A stretch of 52,774 bases of DNA, from the IMG/VR virus record IMGVR_UViG_3300025066_000039, positions 1 through 52,774 of that record; one strand, 5' to 3'. Shown one piece after another: positions 46,743-52,774 of this stretch (the stretch's first letter is position 1; each line of letters opens with the position of its first letter). The position numbers and the translations under genes are program-made. The notes under the pieces were generated by a model. That model was not told where the DNA came from and ran no database searches. It worked only from the letters and a program-made list of their open reading frames with translations. The DNA is from a virus (lineage: Duplodnaviria; Caudoviricetes).

Positions 46743-47211
46743 TAAAAAGTCGATAGACGAAAAATTATCAGAAGCATTAGGTATAGAATTTAAAACAGAA
46801 GAAACCAAAGAAATCGAAAAACCATCACATATACGAGAAATAGATGTCGATGCCGTTGACAGCGAAAAAGACTATTGGTTGGTTCGCAAGAACATGAAAG
46901 AACTCATCAAGCAAGGTGAAGAAGCCATTGATGGGATTCTAAATGTAGCAACGCAGGGTGATGCACCCCGTGCTTATGAAGTTGCCGCGCAAATGATTAA
47001 AACTGTTGCTGATGTAAACAAAGACCTCATTGATTTACACAAGAAAGTAAAAGAAATCAATAAAGAAGAAGTCAACATCAATAATACCACGAACCAATCA
47101 ATCTATGTTGGTTCTACTAGTGATTTGCAAGACTTAATAAATCAAGAACGAAGCAGAACGAAAGCAATGACTGGGGATATTATTGATACAGAGATTGTAG
47201 ATGACAAATAA
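46735..47211 (+). CDS. gp16: Terminase small subunit gp16
   Basis: DY..VRKN..PRAYEVA..NQSIYVGSTSDLQ; start at MSDKK assumed. Confidence 0.9.
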   Translation: MSDKKSIDEKLSEALGIEFKTEETKEIEKPSHIREIDVDAVDSEKDYWLVRKNMKELIKQGEEAIDGILNVATQGDAPRAYEVAAQMIKTVADVNKDLIDLHKKVKEINKEEVNINNTTNQSIYVGSTSDLQDLINQERSRTKAMTGDIIDTEIVDDK

Positions 47212-48853
47212 ATCAAAAGGTTATTTAGGAAATAAAAACCTAAAAGAGGCAGGGATAAATGTAGAATTCACCGAAGAACAGGTGATTGAATATATGAAAT
47301 GTGCCAAAGACCCTGTTTACTTTATTGAGAAGTATATCAAGGTCGTTTCATTGGACGAAGGTCTTGTTCCTTTTAAGTTGTATGACTTTCAAGAAGACAT
47401 GGTACAAACAGTGCATGACAACAGATTCACCATTGCAAAACTCCCTAGGCAGTCAGGTAAGTCCACTACGATGGTTGCATACATGCTACACTATATTATG
47501 TTTAATCAGAATATGAATGTTGCTATCCTTGCAAACAAGCAGTCGGTTGCTAAAGACATTCTCAGTAGATTACAACTCACATACGAATATTTGCCACTTT
47601 GGTTGCAACAGGGGATTGTAGAATGGAACAAAGCATCAGTAAAACTTGAAAATGGTTCAAAGATTATTGCATCATCTACATCATCCAGTGCGATTCGTGG
47701 TGGTTCATATAATGCAATTTTACTTGATGAATTCGCACATGTTCCTACCAATATTGCTGAAGAATTCTTCAATTCTGTTTATCCTACTATCAGTGCAGGC
47801 CAAGATACAAAAGTTATAATGATTTCAACACCCAACGGTTTGAATATGTTCTATTATTATTGGAAGGGTGCGACAAAGAAACCAGGAGAATCAGGCAAGA
47901 ACGATTACATTCCAGTTGAAGTAAGTTGGGATCAAGTACCGCAATATCCTGGTGGTCCATTACGAGATGAAAAATGGAAAGAAGAAACTATTGCCAATAC
48001 AAGTGCAGAGCAATTCCAACAAGAATTCATTTGCGACTTCTTGGGCAGCCAAAACACTCTGATTTCTTCTGCAAAACTTCGCACAATGAATTGGGAAACA
48101 CCGAAAAGCAAAGATGCTGATGGATTGTGGATTTACGAAGAACCCAAAGAAGACAGGGACTATTTCATCACAGTGGATACTGCAAGAGGGCAAGGAAAGG
48201 ATTATAGTGCATTTGTTGTGGTGGATACGACTGAGATGCCATATAAACTTGTTGCACGATACAGAAATAATACAGTGTCTCCTATGGTTTATCCCACCGT
48301 CATTCGTGCGGTTGCAACAAAATACAACACCGCTGGAGTTTTAATTGAAATTAACGACATTGGTGGACAAGTTGCAGACATTTTACATCAAGATTTGGAA
48401 TATGAAAATGTATTGATGACCACATATAGGGGTCGTGCGGGCCAGGTAATGAATGGTGGATTTGGCGGTAATAGGTCACAATCGCAGTTGGGGGTTCGTA
48501 CTACTATGCCGGTGAAGAAACTTGGGTGTTCTTTATTGAAAAGTCTAATAGAAGAAGACAAATTTATCATAGAAGATATGGATATCATTAACGAACTGAT
48601 TACATTTATTGCAAAAAAGAATTCATTTGAAGCAGACGATGGACACACAGATGACTTGGTGATGGCATTGGTATTATTTGCATGGATGACAAGACAGGAT
48701 TATTTTAAATCTTTGACAAATGTAGATGTCAGAACTCAAATATATGAAAATCAAATAAGAGAGATTGAAGATGATTTGTTGCCATTTGGATTTGTTATGG
48801 ATGAAGCAGAAGGAGGCGAGTGGGATGGTGACGATAGGTGGTTTCCTATCTGA
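47201..48853 (+). CDS. gp17: Terminase large subunit gp17
   Basis: YLGNKNLK; Walker A PRQSGKST; Walker B ILLDEFAH; VD.ARG.G.DYSAF; DDLVM. Confidence 0.98.
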   Translation: MTNKSKGYLGNKNLKEAGINVEFTEEQVIEYMKCAKDPVYFIEKYIKVVSLDEGLVPFKLYDFQEDMVQTVHDNRFTIAKLPRQSGKSTTMVAYMLHYIMFNQNMNVAILANKQSVAKDILSRLQLTYEYLPLWLQQGIVEWNKASVKLENGSKIIASSTSSSAIRGGSYNAILLDEFAHVPTNIAEEFFNSVYPTISAGQDTKVIMISTPNGLNMFYYYWKGATKKPGESGKNDYIPVEVSWDQVPQYPGGPLRDEKWKEETIANTSAEQFQQEFICDFLGSQNTLISSAKLRTMNWETPKSKDADGLWIYEEPKEDRDYFITVDTARGQGKDYSAFVVVDTTEMPYKLVARYRNNTVSPMVYPTVIRAVATKYNTAGVLIEINDIGGQVADILHQDLEYENVLMTTYRGRAGQVMNGGFGGNRSQSQLGVRTTMPVKKLGCSLLKSLIEEDKFIIEDMDIINELITFIAKKNSFEADDGHTDDLVMALVLFAWMTRQDYFKSLTNVDVRTQIYENQIREIEDDLLPFGFVMDEAEGGEWDGDDRWFPI

Positions 48854-48866
48854 AATGTTGTAATTT

Positions 48867-48874
48867 TATACATA
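48867..48874 (+). promoter_or_regulatory. Late promoter variant TATACATA
   Basis: Intergenic, upstream of gp18. Confidence 0.65.
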
Positions 48875-48958
48875 ATATGAAAATAAAAATAAGAGAAATG
48901 TAAATTTGCATTTTTTAATAATTGCATAAAAATGACTTAATAAGAGGAAACATCTCAA

Positions 48959-50233
48959 ATGGCAAGACCAAATATAACAGTATTAGTAGAAGATCAAAGT
49001 TTTGTTATTCCCTTTTCGGAATCAGGTTCACTAACAAGAGCGGGTATGGTTAGTCTTGGTGGACTGGCATTCGCATTGGGAACTACAGCAGAACATAAAA
49101 CTGGTGTAATGACAATCTCATCAGTAAATGAATGGATTGCAAGATTAAACAGTACAGAAACCTTAGGCCACGATGGGTGGAAAGAAGCAAGTATTGTCAA
49201 TGGCGGTTCACATTCTGAAATGCCATTCTTTCATACAGCAGGTGGTGAGGCAACCGCAGGTACAAAGTATGCGGGTGGTACTTTTGCACGATGGCCCTCA
49301 GGACCAACTGGTGCATGGAAAGACGAATGGTGGGCAGCACATAACTATCTACAATATGGTGGGGTTTTAATTGTTGGTGGCACAGGAACTGTTGAAAATA
49401 CCGCCACATTGACAGCATCAGCAACTGCATTCCACGATAAGCAAATTCCACTAGATTTGGTATTTGCAGCGACTGGTGATCATGTTTCTCACACATCGAA
49501 TATTGCATCATTCAGACAAGACTGTATTGCAGTTTGTCCGACAACGCTTGCAAGTGTTGCGGCACCGCACGGTTCGCAAACAAATGACGAATTCAATGTT
49601 TCGGTACACGGATATAAAAAGCACCTTGGAATTAATCAAGGAATTCGAGAAGATGCATTAGATGATTTAATTCAAACACCACTCGCAGCGGATGTTGCAG
49701 GGTGTATGGCAAGAACAGATGCAGTTGCAGACCCTTGGTGGTCACCCGCTGGATTTAAACGAGGACAAATTTTAGGTACTGTGCGACTTGAGGACAATCC
49801 AACAGATGCCGAAATGGACACAATGTATGACCTCAAACTTAACCCAGTTGTTACCTTCCCAGGCGAAGGAACAGTACTCTTTGGAGATAAGACATTGGCA
49901 AGTTCTAGTAGCACATTAAGTAGAATTAATGTTTCTCGGTTGTTTATTCACCTAAAGAAAACTATAGGTGCGGCCGCAAGAGATAAACTCTTTGAACTGA
50001 ACGATGAAGATACTAGACGTTCGTTCAGGAATGCGGTTGATCCGTTCTTGCGATCTATACAAGCAAGACGAGGCCTTTATGATTTTAGGGTAGTATGTGA
50101 TGAAACTAACAACACTGCGAGCATCATAGATTCAAATAATTTTGTTGCAGATATTTTCATCAAACCGACTAAATCTATTAACTTTATTAGAATTAGATTT
50201 GTCAATAAAAATACCAACGACAGCTTGGAATAA
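48959..50233 (+). CDS. gp18: Tail sheath protein gp18 (short, 424 aa)
   Basis: AHNYLQYGG; PWWSPAGFKRG; NPVVTFPGEGTVLFGDKT..RINVSRLF..VVCDETNN..IKPTKSINFI. Confidence 0.95.
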   Translation: MARPNITVLVEDQSFVIPFSESGSLTRAGMVSLGGLAFALGTTAEHKTGVMTISSVNEWIARLNSTETLGHDGWKEASIVNGGSHSEMPFFHTAGGEATAGTKYAGGTFARWPSGPTGAWKDEWWAAHNYLQYGGVLIVGGTGTVENTATLTASATAFHDKQIPLDLVFAATGDHVSHTSNIASFRQDCIAVCPTTLASVAAPHGSQTNDEFNVSVHGYKKHLGINQGIREDALDDLIQTPLAADVAGCMARTDAVADPWWSPAGFKRGQILGTVRLEDNPTDAEMDTMYDLKLNPVVTFPGEGTVLFGDKTLASSSSTLSRINVSRLFIHLKKTIGAAARDKLFELNDEDTRRSFRNAVDPFLRSIQARRGLYDFRVVCDETNNTASIIDSNNFVADIFIKPTKSINFIRIRFVNKNTNDSLE

Positions 50234-50286
50234 ATAGCTAAATTTAATATACACAAGTATAGAGAAATATACAAAGGAAGATAATA

Positions 50287-50847
50287 ATGCCAAACAACAT
50301 GAATGTAGATACTTTTAAAGGACAATTTGACGGCGGGTCTCGCCCGAACAGATACCAAATATCTGGAAGCATTGGTGGAAAGCAACAAGTCGATGCCTCA
50401 GTCGCAGGCCTTCTTGTTCGTGCGACATCGATGCCAGCAGTTACTGTTGGTATTATGCGTGTTCCTTTCCGAGGCAGAGTTGTAAAGATTCCTGGAGACA
50501 GAACATACGAAGAGTGGACATTTACCGTTTATGATAGTTTTGAAAAGACAGAGATGTATAATAACTTTTATAACTGGAATAATGACTTCAGTGACCATGT
50601 CACCAATACGCCTGAAGGTGATTATACAAGCGGTGGTGTGGGTGTTAATCTAGACCCATCCGCGGATGTGTACCAAGATTGGGTGGTTGCACAGTTGGAC
50701 ATGACTGGGAATCCTAAGAGATGCACGACCTTGAAGAATTGTTGGCCAACAAATGTCAGTGAAATTGCATTGTCATATGATTCCGCGGACACAATTGCAG
50801 AATTTACTGTAACATTCGCGTATGATTACTTGACTCCTGATTGCTGA
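50287..50847 (+). CDS. gp19: Tail tube protein gp19
   Basis: GGSRPNRY..VPFRGRVVKIPGDRTYEEW..WPTNVSEIALSYD..EFTVTFAYDY. Confidence 0.95.
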   Translation: MPNNMNVDTFKGQFDGGSRPNRYQISGSIGGKQQVDASVAGLLVRATSMPAVTVGIMRVPFRGRVVKIPGDRTYEEWTFTVYDSFEKTEMYNNFYNWNNDFSDHVTNTPEGDYTSGGVGVNLDPSADVYQDWVVAQLDMTGNPKRCTTLKNCWPTNVSEIALSYDSADTIAEFTVTFAYDYLTPDC

Positions 50848-50862
50848 TTGAAATGAATTTGA

Positions 50863-50888
50863 ACTATACATATATGACTATACATATA
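50863..50888 (+). promoter_or_regulatory. Tandem duplicated late promoter (ACTATACATATA x2)
   Basis: TATACATA at 50865-50872 and 50879-50886, upstream of the portal gene. Confidence 0.7.
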
Positions 50889-50925
50889 AGGTAGAGCAAA
50901 TCTTTCATTATAAGGAAATTATATT

Positions 50926-52464
50926 ATGCCAATAGATATCTTCGGATTCTCGATAGGGAAGAAAAAACCGACTGACGCAACTGGCCAGTCAATAAATAAA
51001 ACAAACGAAAAATCCTTTGTTGCTCCAGACGCGTACGATGGAACATTCACAGTAGACTCCGGCGGAGTCTTTGGTACAGTAGTGGACTTCGCTGGTTCTG
51101 TTAAGGATGAAAATGAACTCATTCAGCAGTTTCGTAGTATGGCTCTATTCCCAGAAGTAGACCAAGCAATCGAAGACATTGTGAATGAAGCAATCATTTT
51201 AGACCAAGATAGAAAACCAATTAAACTCGACTTAGAACGAGTTGATTTGTCTGATAATATCAAAACTAAAATGTATTCAGAATATGATAATATTCTGAAA
51301 TTGCTCAAGTTCCATAAAACCTCTTATGATATTTTCAGAAGATGGTATATTGATAGTAAATTATACTATCATATCATCATTGATAAAGAGGTGCCACAAA
51401 AAGGCATTAAAGAACTTAGGCCGATTAATCCTACAAATATTAAGAAAATTCAAAAAGTTAAAAAAGAACATAAACATATGGGAACAAATAAAGTTCCTTT
51501 TATTAAGAGTGTGGAAGAATTTTTTGTTTATACAGACACCTCAAAGAATTCAATGAATCCAACACCGTCTTCCGGCATCAAAATTGCACCAGATTCTATT
51601 TGTTATACACATTCTGGTGTTGTAGATTCAAACACAAAACGAATTGTTGGTTATCTGCAAAAAACAATTAGACCATTAAATATGCTTAGGCAAATTGAAG
51701 ATGCGGTGGTTATATATCGTATCTCTCGCGCCCCAGAACGCAGAGTATTCTACATCGATGTTGGTAACTTACCAAAACAAAAAGCAGAACAATACCTTAA
51801 AGGTTTGATGAACCGATACAGAAATAAAGTAACTTATGATGGAACGACTGGTGCAATCACAGACGGCCGTGACCATTTACACATGCTAGAAGATTTCTGG
51901 CTACCACGAAAAGAAGGTGGCAGGGGAACAGAAATCACCACACTTGATGGTGGACAAAATCTTGGCGAAATGGAAGATGTTGATTATTTACTCAAGAAAG
52001 TATATCGTTCTTTGAATGTTCCAATTTCGCGAATGGAAGCAGAAAACGGATTCAATATGGGCCGTTCTGCGGAAATTACAAGAGATGAAGTAAAATTTCA
52101 AAAGTTTATTGATAAAATACGAATGAGATTCACTGATATGTTCCTTCAACTATTAAGGACACAATTAATTTTAAAAGGTATTATGTCTGAGGACGATTGG
52201 AAGTCAATTGAGGCTGATGTGAATTTTGAATATAATAAAGATTCATATTTCTCGGAACTCAAAGAATCGGAAATTATGAGAGATAGAATGGAATTGTTAA
52301 GCCAAGCGGATGAATATATAGGTAAGTATTACTCTGTTGATTGGGTGCGAAGAAATATCTTACACCAAACAGAAGAAGAAATAACAAAAATGGATGTAGA
52401 AATTCAAAAAGAATTGGCAGAACAGCCACCAGTAGAAGAAGGACAAGAAGATGAGCAATATTGA
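50926..52464 (+). CDS. gp20: Portal vertex protein gp20
   Basis: IFGFSI; EDAVVIYRISRAPERRVFYIDVGNLPK.KAEQY; EDFWLPRKEGGRGTEITTL.GGQNLGE. Confidence 0.98.
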   Translation: MPIDIFGFSIGKKKPTDATGQSINKTNEKSFVAPDAYDGTFTVDSGGVFGTVVDFAGSVKDENELIQQFRSMALFPEVDQAIEDIVNEAIILDQDRKPIKLDLERVDLSDNIKTKMYSEYDNILKLLKFHKTSYDIFRRWYIDSKLYYHIIIDKEVPQKGIKELRPINPTNIKKIQKVKKEHKHMGTNKVPFIKSVEEFFVYTDTSKNSMNPTPSSGIKIAPDSICYTHSGVVDSNTKRIVGYLQKTIRPLNMLRQIEDAVVIYRISRAPERRVFYIDVGNLPKQKAEQYLKGLMNRYRNKVTYDGTTGAITDGRDHLHMLEDFWLPRKEGGRGTEITTLDGGQNLGEMEDVDYLLKKVYRSLNVPISRMEAENGFNMGRSAEITRDEVKFQKFIDKIRMRFTDMFLQLLRTQLILKGIMSEDDWKSIEADVNFEYNKDSYFSELKESEIMRDRMELLSQADEYIGKYYSVDWVRRNILHQTEEEITKMDVEIQKELAEQPPVEEGQEDEQY

Positions 52465-52774
52465 CCATATGTTAGCATCAATCATTGGTAACGATAAAGA
52501 AGAATTTTCTTCTGCGTTTGCTAATGAAATGAAAGAAAGATTGGCCATATCTATCATAGATAAAAACTTAAATATTTCTCAAGATTTGTTGGCTGATGAC
52601 AGCATTGACAGCGAAGAAGTTGAAGAGGAAGTTGAACTGGAAAGAAACGAATCAGTAGAACCCCTAGAAGAACTTAGAGGTGCAAAATTCTTCCCATCTG
52701 GTTATACATTCAAAACAACAAAAGATGCCAAAGAATTTGTGGTTGCACTGAAGCATATGGGGGTAAAGAAGAAT
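52451..52774 (+). CDS. Prohead core protein (gp67/gp68-like), partial, runs off the window
   Basis: Manual translation MSNIDHMLASIIGNDKEEFSSAFANEMKERL..., acidic; directly after the portal gene. Confidence 0.6.
   Translation, partial: MSNIDHMLASIIGNDKEEFSSAFANEMKERLAISIIDKNLNISQDLLADDSIDSEEVEEEVELERNESVEPLEELRGAKFFPSGYTFKTTKDAKEFVVALKHMGVKKN

Noticed and set aside
48896-48913. Imperfect palindrome AAATGTAAATTTGCATTT in the gp17-gp18 spacer
   Set aside because: AT-rich, single occurrence, no loop or GC stem; compatible with chance
476-52557. Numerous 60-200 aa antisense or alternate-frame ORFs in the ORF track
   Set aside because: They overlap well-supported genes, often start at TTG/GTG, and have shadow compositions (His/Gln/Asn- or Val/Met-rich) expected from TGT/GAT-rich sense strands
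1-52774. CRISPR arrays, tRNAs, rRNAs, transposases
   Set aside because: No regularly spaced repeats, cloverleafs or transposase motifs seen; intergenic gaps are about 100 nt or less

Overview
This window is the virion-morphogenesis region of an AT-rich T4-like (Tevenvirinae/Kyanoviridae-type) myophage. At the left, the 3' end of gp32 meets a bidirectional CUUCGG terminator. A minus-strand block follows (gp4, gp54-like tube initiator, gp26, short gp51, tape-measure-like gene). A long plus-strand late block then runs gp48, gp53, gp27-like hub, gp25, gp6, gp7, gp8, DUF4815-like, fibres, gp13-gp20 and a prohead-core gene. Four things stand out. (1) About 24 kb encodes seven very large, acidic, extremely cysteine-rich predicted virion proteins built from GACC and CxxDxDC repeats. 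They carry distinct end modules (two DUF1566/CLec-like, one trypsin-like, one GATase/DUF4350-like), and there is DNA-level evidence of recent module exchange between them. (2) The gp27-like hub appears split around the 2604-aa Cys-rich gene, and no recognisable gp5 spike is present. (3) A slippery heptamer plus hairpin suggests a -1 frameshift joining gp26 to gp51, analogous to lambda G/GT. (4) A perfect sigma70 promoter sits inside the late region, paired with an RBS-sequestering hairpin that holds a TATACATA late promoter. All family calls come from motif recognition and synteny by eye; no database searches were run.
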